Assembly (NCBI GenBank): GCA_963762145.1
Contig: CAVXJS010000019.1
Span: forward strand, 128,001-192,000
Reading direction: 5' to 3'
DNA: 64,000 bases
Source of the DNA: an uncultured Candidatus Rokubacteria bacterium
GTDB taxonomy: Bacteria > Methylomirabilota > Methylomirabilia > Rokubacteriales > CSP1-6
In this document: piece by piece, positions 40,018 to 50,921 of the stretch
Layout of the letters: every line of letters begins with the position of its first letter
How positions within the stretch are numbered: position 1 is the first letter of the stretch
Made by a program: the position numbers and the translations under genes
The notes under the pieces: model-generated
What the model was told of the DNA's origin: nothing
The model's database searches: none
What the model saw: only the letters and a program-made list of their open reading frames with translations

Positions 40018-40998
40018 CTAGCCGCGGAAGTGGCGGCGGTCGCCCGCCCGGAGCCAGAGGCGCACGAGGTGCCGCCGGTCCTCGGGGCGCTCGGCGTCCT
40101 GGTACGGGGTCCGGCCGTGCACGATCACGCGGTTGTTCAGCACCTGGATCTGGCCGCGCTCGATCCAGAGATCGAGGCGATGGGCCGGATCGCTCAGGAA
40201 CGCGTCCATGAGGCGCACCGCCTGCGCGCCGTCCGCGTCGAGCGCCCGGCCGGTCTTCTCGTAGCCGCGCACGATGTGCCGGGCGTTGAAGCGAGTCCGG
40301 AGGCCGCTCTCCCACGCGAACACGGGCCGGAAGTTGGTCGCGGCCGCGTCCGCCGCCTGGTACTCCTGATGATCGCGGTAGAACGCTTCGTACAGGCGGC
40401 GCAGGAGCGCGGGATGCTCGCTCAGGAAGTAGTTGTGGGCGGCGGCCGCGCTCGACACGATGCTCATGCCGCCGGCCCGCGCCGGCCGCAGGCAGAAGAG
40501 GCTCACGTAGTTCGGCGGCGCTTCGCCCATGCTGCTGTCGGTGTGCATCTCGAGCCCTTCCGGAGTCAGCGCCGCCCGCGTGTCCTGCGTGTACTCCTGT
40601 CCGTCGTGGCGGACATCGTAGATGACGGTGCCCTTCCACTCCTGCGCCACCGGGGGCTCGAGGAAGCTCATCAGCAGCCAGTACAACGCGATCGCCTCGT
40701 CGCGGCTCATGGCGTCCACCGGGAGGCGGTCGAGCATCACGAAGCCCGGGCCCTCGTCGAGCCGGCGGCGGACCTCGCCCATCCACTGCGCGGTGGCCGC
40801 GAGCGGGAAGTGCTCGGGCAGCAGCAGGAGAGTCGGAACCGGCGCTCGACGCAGCTCGGCGAGGGCGCGCTCCAGCTCGCTCAGCACCGCGGCGGGGATC
40901 CGGATCAGGTAGCAGTCGGCGGCCAGCGTCGGGCCGTGCCAGGCCGCGGGCTCCGGGATGAGGGCGGAGAGCATGGCGGGCGCCTCGGTGGTCGTCAC
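40018..40998 (-). CDS. TauD/TfdA (clavaminate synthase-like) dioxygenase
   Basis: LEMHTDS (HxD), LFCLRPA..GG.S, NNRVIVHGRT, RHLVRLWL. Confidence 0.88.
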   Translation of the reverse strand: MTTTEAPAMLSALIPEPAAWHGPTLAADCYLIRIPAAVLSELERALAELRRAPVPTLLLLPEHFPLAATAQWMGEVRRRLDEGPGFVMLDRLPVDAMSRDEAIALYWLLMSFLEPPVAQEWKGTVIYDVRHDGQEYTQDTRAALTPEGLEMHTDSSMGEAPPNYVSLFCLRPARAGGMSIVSSAAAAHNYFLSEHPALLRRLYEAFYRDHQEYQAADAAATNFRPVFAWESGLRTRFNARHIVRGYEKTGRALDADGAQAVRLMDAFLSDPAHRLDLWIERGQIQVLNNRVIVHGRTPYQDAERPEDRRHLVRLWLRAGDRRHFRG

Positions 40999-41167
40999 GG
41001 CTCCGTATTCTAGCAGCCCACGCCGGCGCGCTGGGCCTTTACCTGGTCGGGGCGAAGCGCTAGCATGGCGCCGGCTCAGGGCGGACCCGTACGCGTCCGC
41101 GGGAGAAGAACCCGCAGCACCCAGGGTCCAGAGACCCAAGGGGAGGATCGCCATGATAGGAGCCTCG

Positions 41168-42409
41168 ATGACGCGGCTGATCGTCCGGACGATCGTCGCC
41201 GTCAGCGGTCTCGCGCTCGTCGCGTGGCCGGCCATTGCTCAGCAACCCACCTCACCACCGGCTGAGCCTCCGAAGCAGGAGGAGGTGCCCTTCTGGGCCA
41301 TCGGCCGACCCAAGGACGGGCCGGGCGCGCAGATGGCGCCGGTGCCCGCGTTCCCGATCCCGACGCCGGCCGACAAGCTGCCGATCTCGAAGATGAAGGT
41401 CCCCGCCGGGTTCAAGGTCGAGCTGTTCGCGGCCGAGGTCTTCGACGCGCGCGGGCTCCGGCAGGGCGACAAGGGCACCGTCTTCGTCAGCTCGCTGTTC
41501 GGAGCGGGCAAGATCTACGCGCTCGTCGACAAGGGCGGGAAGCGCGAGGTCAAGGTGATCGCCGAGAAGCTGATGCTCCCGAACGGGATCGAGTTTCACA
41601 GGGGCTCGCTCTACGTGGCGACGCCGAAGGAGATCACCCGCTACGACGACATCGAGGCCAAGCTCGACAATCCGCCCGCGCCGGTGAAGATCTACGACCA
41701 GTTTCCGGGCGAGGTGCCGCACGGCTGGAAGTTCATCAAGATCGGCCCCGACGGCAAGCTCTACGCCCCGGTGGGCGCCCCCTGCAACATCTGCGAGCCC
41801 GACCCGGAGAAGTACGCGAACATCCGCCGCATGAACCTGGACGGCAGCGGCGTGGAGATCGTGGCGCGCGGCGTGCGCAACACGGTGGGGTTCGATTTCC
41901 ATCCGAAGACCGGGGAGCTCTGGTTCACCGACAATCAGCGCGACTGGCTCTCCGAGGATCTGCCGCAGGACGAGCTGAACCGCCTCGCCAAGTCCGGCCA
42001 GCACTTCGGGTATCCCTACTGCCACCAGGGCGACTTCGCCGACCCGCAGTTCGGGTGGGGGAAGGCGTGCGGCGATTTCGTGAAGCCCACCCTGCTGCTG
42101 GGGCCGCACTCGGCTCCGCTCGGCATGCGGTTCTACACCGGCAAGATGTTCCCGGCCAAGTACCACAACGCCATCTTCATCGCGCGCCACGGGCCCTGGA
42201 ACAAGACGAAGAAGTACGCGGCCGACGTGGTGGCGGTCTTCCTCAACCCCAACGGCACCGTGAAGTCCATGGAGCCGTTCCTCACCGGGCTCGTGGAGAA
42301 CAACACCTATCTCGGCCGTCCGGTGGACGTGCTGGTGATGAAGGACGGCTCGCTGCTCGTCTCCGACGACCACGCGGGGGCGGTCTACCGCATCAGCTAC
42401 GGCAAGTAG
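41168..42409 (+). CDS. PQQ-dependent sugar/sorbosone dehydrogenase family (beta-propeller)
   Basis: HGWKFI..GPDGKLY..VGAPCN, GVRNTVGFD, HSAPLGMRFY, GRPVDV...LVSDD. Confidence 0.9.
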   Translation: MTRLIVRTIVAVSGLALVAWPAIAQQPTSPPAEPPKQEEVPFWAIGRPKDGPGAQMAPVPAFPIPTPADKLPISKMKVPAGFKVELFAAEVFDARGLRQGDKGTVFVSSLFGAGKIYALVDKGGKREVKVIAEKLMLPNGIEFHRGSLYVATPKEITRYDDIEAKLDNPPAPVKIYDQFPGEVPHGWKFIKIGPDGKLYAPVGAPCNICEPDPEKYANIRRMNLDGSGVEIVARGVRNTVGFDFHPKTGELWFTDNQRDWLSEDLPQDELNRLAKSGQHFGYPYCHQGDFADPQFGWGKACGDFVKPTLLLGPHSAPLGMRFYTGKMFPAKYHNAIFIARHGPWNKTKKYAADVVAVFLNPNGTVKSMEPFLTGLVENNTYLGRPVDVLVMKDGSLLVSDDHAGAVYRISYGK

Positions 42410-43035
42410 TGACCGCCCGGCGCGGGTCGGGGACGAGGTGGCGATCGTTCCCGGCCCGCGCCCTCGTGCCCGGCCTGCTGGCGGCGCTGCTGCTGCCGGT
42501 GGGCTCGGCGCATGCGCAGTCGGTGGACGAGCGGTTCCAGGTCTGCCTGGCCTGCCACGGTGCCGACGGCCAGTCGCGCATTCCCGAGACGCCGTCCCTC
42601 GGCGGTCAGCCCGGCTTCTTCGTCATCGCCCAGCTCTTCCTCTTCCGGGAGGGCCGCCGCGACAACGCAGCCATGGTCGCTGCCGCGAAGGGCCTCACCA
42701 ACGACGACCTCCGGGCCTTCGCCGAGCGCATCACCCGGCTGCCGCCCCCACCGCCCCCGGAGGATCCCCCGGATCCGGCCCGCTTCGCCCGCGGCCGGAC
42801 GCTGACGCTCCGCCACCCCTGCGGGGTCTGCCACAACCCGGACTTCTCGGGGCGGGAGCAGATGCCCCGGCTCGCCAATCAGCGCGAGGAGTACCTGCTC
42901 AGGACCATGCGGGAGTACAAGAGCGGCACCCGGCTGGGCTACGGGGGGGCCATGGCGCAGGAGCTGGCCGGACTCAGCGACCAGGATCTCATCGACCTCG
43001 CCCACTTTCTCGCCCACCAGAAGCCAACTAACTGA
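42409..43035 (+). CDS. Di-heme c4-type cytochrome c
   Basis: Signal peptide and two CxxCH motifs (CLACH, CGVCH); GTG overlaps the upstream TAG. Confidence 0.9.
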   Translation: MTARRGSGTRWRSFPARALVPGLLAALLLPVGSAHAQSVDERFQVCLACHGADGQSRIPETPSLGGQPGFFVIAQLFLFREGRRDNAAMVAAAKGLTNDDLRAFAERITRLPPPPPPEDPPDPARFARGRTLTLRHPCGVCHNPDFSGREQMPRLANQREEYLLRTMREYKSGTRLGYGGAMAQELAGLSDQDLIDLAHFLAHQKPTN

Positions 43036-43058
43036 TCAGCAAGACCAGGTCCGCGAGC

Positions 43059-45407
43059 CTATGGCCGTGCTGCAGCAGTGGCGGCGCGCAGCGCGTGCCA
43101 GACGCGCGCGGGGGACATCGGCATGTCCAGCTCTCGCACCCCGCGGCCGGCGAGGGCGTCGAGCACCGCATTCACGGCGGAGGGTAGCGCCCCGGCCACG
43201 CCCGACTCGCCGGCGCCCTTCACGCCCAGCGGATTGGTGGTGCAGGGCACCCCGTGGTGCCCGACCCGCAGGGCGGGGAGGTCGTCGGCGCGCGGCAGCA
43301 GGTAGTCCATGAACGAGGCGGTCAGCAGCTGGCCGTCCTCGTCGTACACGACGTGCTCGCCCAGGACCTGCCCCAGGCCCTGGGCGATGCCGCCGTGGAT
43401 CTGCCCCTCCACGATCGTCTCGTGCACCATCCGCCCCACGTCGTCCAGCGCCGCGTAGCCCACCACCGCGACCCGTCCCGTATCCGGATCCACCTCCACC
43501 TCGGTGACGTGGCAGCCGTTCGGGAAGCTCATCTGGGGGGAGACGAACTTGGCCGTGCTGTCCAGGCCGTCGACGAGCTCGGGCGGGGCGTTCGGCAAGG
43601 TCCGCGCCCGGACCGCCAGCTCGAGGAGGTCGATCGCGCGGTCCGTGCCCTTGACGCGGAAGCGCCCGTCCGCGAACTCGACGTCGGGGACGGCCGCCTC
43701 GAAGTGATGCGCCGCCGCGTGGCGCCCCTTGTCGATGGCGGCCTCGCAGGCCATCACGGCTGCGCTGCCCGCCATCATCATGGACCGGGAGGCCACGCTG
43801 GGCGTGCCCGCCGGCACCAGGTCGCTGTCGCCCTGCACGAGGCGCACCGCGGAGGCGTCGATGCCGAGCCGGGCCGCGACCAGGAAGGGGAACGTGGAGA
43901 GGTGGCCCTGGCCCATCGGCTGGGCGCCGGTGTGGAGCGCCACCGTGCCGTCGTCGGCGAAGCGCAGCTCCACGACCTCGTCGAGAATGCCGCCCGCGAC
44001 CTCCAGGAAGCAGGCCAGGCCGATGCCGCGCAGGCGGCCGGCCCGCTCCGAGGCCGCGCGCCGCTGCGGGAACCCCGGCCAGTCGGCCAGGACCAGCGCC
44101 CGGTCCATGATCGTCTCGAACTCCCCGCTGTCGTAGACGGGGCCGTTGGGCGTGCGATAGGGCATGGCGGCGGCCGGGATCAGGTTGCGCCGCCGCAGCT
44201 CGACGCGGTCCACGCCGGTGGCCCCGGCCGCCTGATCGATCAGGCGCTCGATCAGGTAGAGCGCCTCCGGGCGCCCGGCCCCGCGATAGGGCCCGAGCGG
44301 CGCCGCGTTGGTGAACGCCAGGGTGACGTCGATGGCGATCGCCGGGATGCGGTACACGCTCGACAGGCAGTTCTTGGTGTTGTTCGTCCCGAACACCGCC
44401 GCGAACGCGGTGACGTACGCGCCGATGCCGACCCGCGTGCGAACGCGCAGGGCCAGGAAGCGGCCGCGCGCGTCGAGCGCCAGCTCTCCCTCGAGCATGC
44501 CGTCGCGGCCGTGCGTGTCGGCCAGGAAGCTCTCGACGCGGGTCGCGCGCCACTTGACGGGCCGGCCCACCCTCCGCGCGGCGAAGAGCAGGGCCGCGTA
44601 CTCCGGGTAAGCCTGCACCTTCATGCCGAAGCCGCCGCCCACGTCGGGCGTGATCACGCGGAGCTGCGAGGGCGGGATCTTGAACACGCCCTCGGCCAGG
44701 AGCCGGCGCACCACCGCGACGCCCTGGGTGGAGGCGGTGAGGGTGAAGCGCTGGGTGGCCTCGTCCCACTGGCCGATCGCCGCGCGCGGCTCGAGCGCGG
44801 AGGGCGCCAGCCGCGTGTCGTGCAGGCGCACCCGCGCCACGTGCGCGGCCCCGCGCATCGCCACGTCCACCGCGGCCGCGTCGCCGTCGGTCCAGTCGAA
44901 GGCCACGTTGTCCGGCGCCTCGGGCCAGATCGGGTGCGCGCCGGCGGCCAGGGCGCGGTCCACGTCGGCGGCCGCGGGCAGCGGGTCGAGCTCGACCCGC
45001 ACGAGGGCCGCGGCGTCGGCGGCCTGGGCGGCCGTCTCGGCGACCACGATGGCGACCGACTCGCCCACGTAGCGCACGCGGTCCACCGCGAGCGGGGGGA
45101 TCGGAGCCGCCGCGAGGGGTTTGCCGCCGCGGCCGGGGAAGGCGGCGGCGGGTGGGATCGCGCCCAGCCCCGCCGCGGCGGCGTCACGCCCGGTCAGGAC
45201 CGCGAGCACGCCCGGCGCGGCGAGCGCCCGGCGTGTGTCCACGGCGCGAATGAGGCCGTGAGCCACGGTGGAGCGGGCGAACGCGGCGTGGACCTGGCCG
45301 GGCAGGTCCACGTCGTCGGTGAAGCGGCCGCGGCCGGTGAGGAGCGGACCGTCCTCGCTGCGCCGCCCGCCGGCCGCGGAGCCGAAGCGCAGCGAGGACT
45401 CGGTCAA
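43059..45407 (-). CDS. Xanthine dehydrogenase-family molybdopterin-binding subunit (CoxL form II-like)
   Basis: LTGRGRFTDD, VGGGFGMK, PYRGAGRPE, GQGH, KGAGESG; TTG start overlaps the aldolase stop. Confidence 0.88.
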   Translation of the reverse strand: MTESSLRFGSAAGGRRSEDGPLLTGRGRFTDDVDLPGQVHAAFARSTVAHGLIRAVDTRRALAAPGVLAVLTGRDAAAAGLGAIPPAAAFPGRGGKPLAAAPIPPLAVDRVRYVGESVAIVVAETAAQAADAAALVRVELDPLPAAADVDRALAAGAHPIWPEAPDNVAFDWTDGDAAAVDVAMRGAAHVARVRLHDTRLAPSALEPRAAIGQWDEATQRFTLTASTQGVAVVRRLLAEGVFKIPPSQLRVITPDVGGGFGMKVQAYPEYAALLFAARRVGRPVKWRATRVESFLADTHGRDGMLEGELALDARGRFLALRVRTRVGIGAYVTAFAAVFGTNNTKNCLSSVYRIPAIAIDVTLAFTNAAPLGPYRGAGRPEALYLIERLIDQAAGATGVDRVELRRRNLIPAAAMPYRTPNGPVYDSGEFETIMDRALVLADWPGFPQRRAASERAGRLRGIGLACFLEVAGGILDEVVELRFADDGTVALHTGAQPMGQGHLSTFPFLVAARLGIDASAVRLVQGDSDLVPAGTPSVASRSMMMAGSAAVMACEAAIDKGRHAAAHHFEAAVPDVEFADGRFRVKGTDRAIDLLELAVRARTLPNAPPELVDGLDSTAKFVSPQMSFPNGCHVTEVEVDPDTGRVAVVGYAALDDVGRMVHETIVEGQIHGGIAQGLGQVLGEHVVYDEDGQLLTASFMDYLLPRADDLPALRVGHHGVPCTTNPLGVKGAGESGVAGALPSAVNAVLDALAGRGVRELDMPMSPARVWHALRAATAAARP

Positions 45408-46183
45408 TTCCGGAACGAGGAGTCGGTTCGGTCCAGCCGGCGCAGGAGGCCCGGCCACACGAGCTTGCCCTGGCCGCCGTTGCGGCGCTGGTTGGCCACC
45501 GCGTTGGCGTAGCCCTTGTCCATGACTTCCTTGGGGACCGAGATCAGCTCGCCGCCGCCGGACTGGGCGCGCACCTGGATCTGGCAGGAGGCCTCGAGGT
45601 AGTACATGTTCACGAAGGCGTCGGCCACCGTCTCGCCCACCGTCAGCAGCCCGTGGTTGCGGAGGATCAGGCAGCGGTTGTCGCCCAGGTCCGCCACCAG
45701 GCGCGGCTTCTCGTCCTCGTCGAGCGCGGGCCCCTCGAAGTCGTGGTAGCCCACGCTGTTGAGCACGAACAGCGAGTGCTGCGAGATCGGCAGGAGGCCG
45801 GCCCGCTGGGTGGCGACCGCGACCCCGTTCGCGGTGTGGGTGTGGAGCACGCACTTGGCGTCGTGGCGGGCGCCGTGGATCGCGCTGTGGATGATGAAGC
45901 CGGCCGCGTTCACGTTGAACGGCGAGTCCTGCACCTTGTTGCCGGCCTGGTCGATCTTCACCAGGCTCGACGCGGTGATCTCATCGAAGAAGAGGCCGTA
46001 GGGGTTGATCAGGAACTGGTCCTCGGTGCCGGGGACGCGGGCCGAGATGTGAGTGAAGACGAGGTCCTCCCAGCCGTAGCGCGACACCAGGCGGTAGGCG
46101 GCGGCCAGGTCCACCCGGACGGCCCACTCCTCCTCCGATACCTTTCCCTTGAGCGACGGAATCTCGAGCGTGGTGGCGGTCAT
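45404..46183 (-). CDS. Class II aldolase/adducin family protein
   Basis: THISARVPG, FIIHSAIH, HTHT, LRNHGLLT. Confidence 0.92.
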   Translation of the reverse strand: MTATTLEIPSLKGKVSEEEWAVRVDLAAAYRLVSRYGWEDLVFTHISARVPGTEDQFLINPYGLFFDEITASSLVKIDQAGNKVQDSPFNVNAAGFIIHSAIHGARHDAKCVLHTHTANGVAVATQRAGLLPISQHSLFVLNSVGYHDFEGPALDEDEKPRLVADLGDNRCLILRNHGLLTVGETVADAFVNMYYLEASCQIQVRAQSGGGELISVPKEVMDKGYANAVANQRRNGGQGKLVWPGLLRRLDRTDSSFRN

Positions 46184-46196
46184 GGGGTCCTTTCGC

Positions 46197-47345
46197 TCAG
46201 CGAAGGTTGTAGAGCTTGACGACGTTGTCGTAGGTGATCTTCTTCTGGACGCGCTCGGGCAGGTTGCCGAGGTTCTTCTCGAGGTGCCGGCGCGAGTCGG
46301 GCCACACGCAGTCCGGGTGCGGGTAGTCCGCGCCCCAGATGATGTTGTCCTCGCCGATCAGCGGGATGATGGGCTCGAGGAACTGGTCCTGCTGGTAGGT
46401 CACGTAGCCTTGCCGCCGGAAGTAGTCACTCGGCTTCATCGAGAAGCCGAGGCCGCGGGCCCGGTCCTCGTACTCGGTGTCGAAGCGATCGAACACGTAG
46501 GGGAGCCAGGTCACCCCGGACTCGCCCAGCACGAACTTGAAGTCGGGATACTTCTCGCACGCCCCGGAGGTGATGATCGAGACCAGCACCTCCATCGTGT
46601 CGAGCTGGAAGAGCGAGGAGCGCACCAGGCGCCACTGCAGCATGTACTGCTGCTCCATCGCGGGGGAGTCGGGCGCGCGCAGGGCCTTGAAGCCGGTCGA
46701 GTGGAACGCAATCGGGAAGTGGCACTCGGCCGCGGCCTCCCACAGTGGATACCACTCGTGCTGGTAGAGCGGGATGCTCATGCTCTTGAAGCCGAGGTCG
46801 CCGCCCTTGAGGCCCATCTTGGCGCAGCGCCGCACCTCGGCCGCGGCCACCTGCGGATCGTTGCTGGGCACGATGGCGAGGGGAAAGATCCGGTTGGGGT
46901 CCGACTTCTTGGCGAAGTCGGCGGCCCAGTCGTTGTAAATCGCGTTGGCCCAGGCCCGACGCTCCCCGCTCGCGATCATGTCGTTGATCATGAGGCAGCC
47001 GTACACCACCTCGGCGTCGAGACCGTCGCGGTCCAGGTCGGCCAGCCGCAGCTCGGGCGTGGTGGGCCGGGGCCGGGCGCCCGCGCGATGGTCCCACTCG
47101 AAGCCGCACGAGGCCATCTCGTCGATGCGGGCGAAGGCGCCGGGGGTGCGCTTGAGGAAGCCGGGGCCCACCCCGTTCCACATCCCCTTGTCCTGCGCCT
47201 CCACGAACCAGTGGCAGCCGTCCTCCAGCTCCTCCACGCGGGGCACCAGGAGCTTCCACTTCGAGGGCGCCTGGCTGGACCAGAGGTCGGGTGGGCAGTA
47301 GGTGAGGTCGATGTGGTTGTCGCCGGAGATGAGCCGCTCTAGCAT
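46197..47345 (-). CDS. Amidohydrolase family protein (Amidohydro_2)
   Basis: ISGDNHID, YNDWAADF, WGADYPHPD. Confidence 0.9.
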   Translation of the reverse strand: MLERLISGDNHIDLTYCPPDLWSSQAPSKWKLLVPRVEELEDGCHWFVEAQDKGMWNGVGPGFLKRTPGAFARIDEMASCGFEWDHRAGARPRPTTPELRLADLDRDGLDAEVVYGCLMINDMIASGERRAWANAIYNDWAADFAKKSDPNRIFPLAIVPSNDPQVAAAEVRRCAKMGLKGGDLGFKSMSIPLYQHEWYPLWEAAAECHFPIAFHSTGFKALRAPDSPAMEQQYMLQWRLVRSSLFQLDTMEVLVSIITSGACEKYPDFKFVLGESGVTWLPYVFDRFDTEYEDRARGLGFSMKPSDYFRRQGYVTYQQDQFLEPIIPLIGEDNIIWGADYPHPDCVWPDSRRHLEKNLGNLPERVQKKITYDNVVKLYNLR

Positions 47346-47420
47346 GACGCCCTCCTTGGCCGGGTGGGGAGCAACCTGTCGCGGTGATCGTACTCCCGAA
47401 GCATCCGCCAGGACAAGAGA

Positions 47421-48128
47421 CTACTGGCGGGCCGCGCCGCCCCTCCGGGACAGCAGGTCGAAGTAGGTCCTGTCGCGCCGCCTGGCCACCAGGTCGAGCG
47501 GGGTTTTGCCGTCCTTGCTCCGGAGGGTCGGGTCCGCCCCGTGGCGCAGGAGCATCTCGATGTGCCGGCGGTCGCTGTTCTTCTTGAGCACCATGTGCAG
47601 CGCGGTCACGCCCTTGCTGTTCTGGAAGTTGACGTCGGCGCCGTGGCGGAGCAGCCGCTCGGCGGCCGAGAAGCGGCTCCACTTGATCGCGCCCAGGAAT
47701 GGGGTCTCGTCCTCGACGACCGGGTCCAGCGACGCGCCGCTCTTCACCAGCAGGTCGATGGCCTCCAGATTGTCCGCGAAGGCGGCCGCCCACAGCGAGT
47801 TCTCCGGGGTCGAGCCGTGCTTCAGGAGAAACCGGGCGAGCGGCAGGTTGCTGCCCCGCGAGATCGCGTACCAGAGCGGGGTCGCCTGGAACGCGCCCTC
47901 CGCGAAGGCGGGCGCGTTGACGTCGAGGCCGGCGTCGAGGAGCCGCCTCGCCAGGGCGAGCGCGCGGGCGCTCGTTCGGGGATCGGCGGGGAGGCTGCAG
48001 AGGAAGTGGAGCAAATTGCGGCGGCGGTCGTCGACGGCGCGGATGAGCTCGGGCTGTGCGTGGAGCAACCCGGCGACCGCGTCCGCGTCGAGGGCCTTGA
48101 TGGCCTGGAAGAGTCGCGTCTTGCTCAT
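47421..48128 (-). CDS. Ankyrin-repeat protein
   Basis: TPLWYA, TPFLGA, GVTALH, GKTPLD ankyrin repeats. Confidence 0.88.
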   Translation of the reverse strand: MSKTRLFQAIKALDADAVAGLLHAQPELIRAVDDRRRNLLHFLCSLPADPRTSARALALARRLLDAGLDVNAPAFAEGAFQATPLWYAISRGSNLPLARFLLKHGSTPENSLWAAAFADNLEAIDLLVKSGASLDPVVEDETPFLGAIKWSRFSAAERLLRHGADVNFQNSKGVTALHMVLKKNSDRRHIEMLLRHGADPTLRSKDGKTPLDLVARRRDRTYFDLLSRRGGAARQ

Positions 48129-48150
48129 GGTGGGCGGGCTCCCTTGGAGG

Positions 48151-50874
48151 TCAGCCGGTGTTGCGCAGGCCGGCCGCGATGCCGTTGATGGTCACCACGA
48201 TGATCTCGCGGTGCTGCGCGGCCTCGTCGCCATCCTGGTCCGTCAGCGCGCGCAGCCGGCGAAGCATCTCCACCTGGAGGTAGTTCAGCGGGATCCACGT
48301 ACGGGTTCCGCAGGTGCACCGAGCGCTGGATCACCGGGTCGCCGTCCATCAGCTCGGCGTGGCCGGTGGCGCGCAGGATGGACTCCCGCGTGCGCACGAA
48401 CTCGCTGCCGATGCGCGTGAACACCGCGGTGGCCAGCGCCCGGCTCGGCACCAGCTCCGAGTAGAGCGCGGCGATGCCCATGTCGGCCTTGAGCAGGGAC
48501 ATCTCCGCATTGTCCAGGATGGCCCGGAAGAATGGCCAGCCCGCGTACATCTCCCGCAGCCGGCCCGCGTCCGCGCGGGCCAGCGCGGTGCCGAGGCCGT
48601 ACCAGCCGGGCAGGTTGAAGCGGCTCTGCATCCAGGAGAAGACCCACGGGATCGCGCGGACCGCGCTCCGCGTGAGGCCGCCGCGCGCGGCGCACCGCCG
48701 GCCGCGAGCCCAGGCGCAGCCGCGAGAGCTCCTCGATCGGGGTGGCCGCGCGCCAGTACTCGAGGAAGCCGGGCGTGCGCTCGACGAGATCGTGATAGGT
48801 CTCGCGCGCGGCGCCGGCCATGAGATCCAGGGCCTCGCGCCAGGCGGGCGGCGAGCGCCACCGCCGCTTCCGCGTCGTCCGCGGAGGCCAGGAGCACCGC
48901 GCTCACGATCTGCTCGACGTGGCGGTGGGCGAGCGCGGGATCGGCGTAGCGCGAGGCGATGGTCTCGCCCTGCTCGGTCACGCGGAAGCGGCCCTCGCAC
49001 GGTGCCCGGCGGCTGCGCGCGGATCGCGCGCCCGGCGGGGCCGCCGCCGCGCGCCACCGTGCCGCCGCGACCGTGGAAGAGGGTGAGCCCGACGCCGTGC
49101 TCGCGGCAGACGCGCGCGATCGATTCCTGGGCCCGGTAGAGCGCCCAGTTGGCGGCCAGGTAGCCCCCGTCCTTGTTGCGAGTCGGAGTAGCCGATCATC
49201 ACCATCTGCTCGCCGCCGCAGGAGTCCAGGTGCGCGCGGTAGACCGGCAGCGCGAAGAGCGCCTCGAGGGTGCGCGGCGCCGCGTCGAGATCGTCGAGCG
49301 TCTCGAAGAGCGGCACGATCTGCATGCCGGCCGCGCCGCCGGCCCAGCGGGCCAGCAGCAGCACCGTGAGCAGGTCCGCCGGCCCGCGGGTCATCGAGAC
49401 GATGAAGGGGCCGAGCGACTCCCGCCCGTAGATGGCCTGGGCGCGGCCGAGCAGGCGGAAGAGGCGCCAGGTCTCGGCCGGCAGCTCGTCGAGCGCGAGC
49501 GCCGAGATCTCCGAGGCCTTGGGCGCCTCCTCGGCCAGCAGACGCAGGAGCACCGCGGTCGCGGGCCGGCGTCGTCGCGCTCGGCGAAGCCGGTCTCGAG
49601 ACCCAGGCGGGCCAGGATGCTCGCCGAGCGCGGCGGCGAGCCGCCCCGAGTCTTCCCGGATGTCGAGACGAGCCGCGTGCAGGCCGAAGGCCTCGAGCTG
49701 ATGCTCGAGCGCCCGCACCCGGTCGCCGGCCAGCGCGGGCGGGACGCCCTGGGCGACCAGGTCCACGACCTTCCGGACCTCGGCGACGGTGGCGCGCGGC
49801 GGGTGCGGCGCCTCGTCGAGGAGGCGCGCGGTCATGTCCTCGCGCGAGGCCGCCTCCAGGTCGGCGGCGAGCAGGGACAGCGCGAGGCGATAGGGCTCGC
49901 CCGCGTAGCGCTGCTCGAGATAGGCCACGTGCGCGGGCAGGGGCCGGCGCGCGTCGAGCCAGGCGGTCAGGGCCTCGGGCGGCGGGCAGCGCCGGCCGCT
50001 CACGCTCAGCCGCCGGGCGAGGTCCTGCAGCGGAGCGCCGGTGCCGCTCCACCGCGAGCCCGCGATGCAGTCGCAGGGTCTCCGCGGTCAACTCGGTCAC
50101 CACCGAGGGATTGCCGTCGCGATCGCCGCCGATCCACGAGGCCACCGTGAGCCATGCGGGCGGCGGGAGCAGGCCGGGGTAGTGGCGCGCGACCGCCGCC
50201 TCGAGATCGGCGGCGATGCGGGGCACGAGATCCCAGAAGACCTCGTCGACGAAGTAGAGGCCGGTGCGCACCTCGTCGGTGACCGCGGGCCGCGTGGTCC
50301 GCGCGCGGTCGGTCAGCCAGAGCGCGGTGATCTCGGCCTGGAGCCCGGCCAGGAGCTCGGTCCGCTCCCGGGGCAGCAGGTCCAGATCCTGAAGGCGGCG
50401 CAGCCCGTCGCTGATCCGCTGGAGCTTCGAGAGCACGGTCCGGCGCTTGGCCTCGGTCGGGTGCGCGGTCAGCACCAGCTCGATGCGCAGCTCGCGCAGC
50501 AGCGTCGCCATCCGCTCGACGCCGACGCCACGGGCCTGCAGGCGCGCGACCGCCTCGCCGATGGATTCGCCGATCGGCGCCGGGTGCTGCGCGCGCTCGC
50601 GAGCCCGCAGGGCCTGGATGCGGTGCACCTCCTCGGCCAGGTTGATCAGGTCGAAGTAGACTGCGAAGGCGGACGCGGTCGCGCGCGCGGCGTCCGCCGG
50701 GAGATCGGCCACCGCCAGGGGCAGGCGGACCGCCGCGTCCATCTCGCCGGCGCGCCGCGCCTTGGCGAGCGCGCGGATGCGCTCCTCGGTCTCGAAGAGC
50801 GCGACGGACTCCTGGGCGCGGAGGATCTCGCCGAGGGCTTCGCCCAGCAGGTGGATGGTGGCCGAGAGGTCCAC
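48151..50874 (-). CDS. ppc: Phosphoenolpyruvate carboxylase; several frameshifts
   Basis: VLTAHPTE, SWIGGDRDGNP, MIGYSDS, FHGRGGTVARGGGP, RAIPWVFSW, C-terminal GLRNTG. Confidence 0.9.
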
Positions 50875-50921
50875 TGCGGAGCCCTCCCCGTGGCTCGTGT
50901 GGGCTCGCCGCTACGGCCGAG

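Noticed and set aside
43059-45407. True aerobic CO dehydrogenase CoxL (form I)
   Set aside because: Lacks the AYxCSFR Cu-binding loop and the accessory cox genes
48151-50874. ppc as a genuine pseudogene or programmed frameshift
   Set aside because: All catalytic motifs are intact and the indels are scattered with no slippery sites; most likely sequencing error
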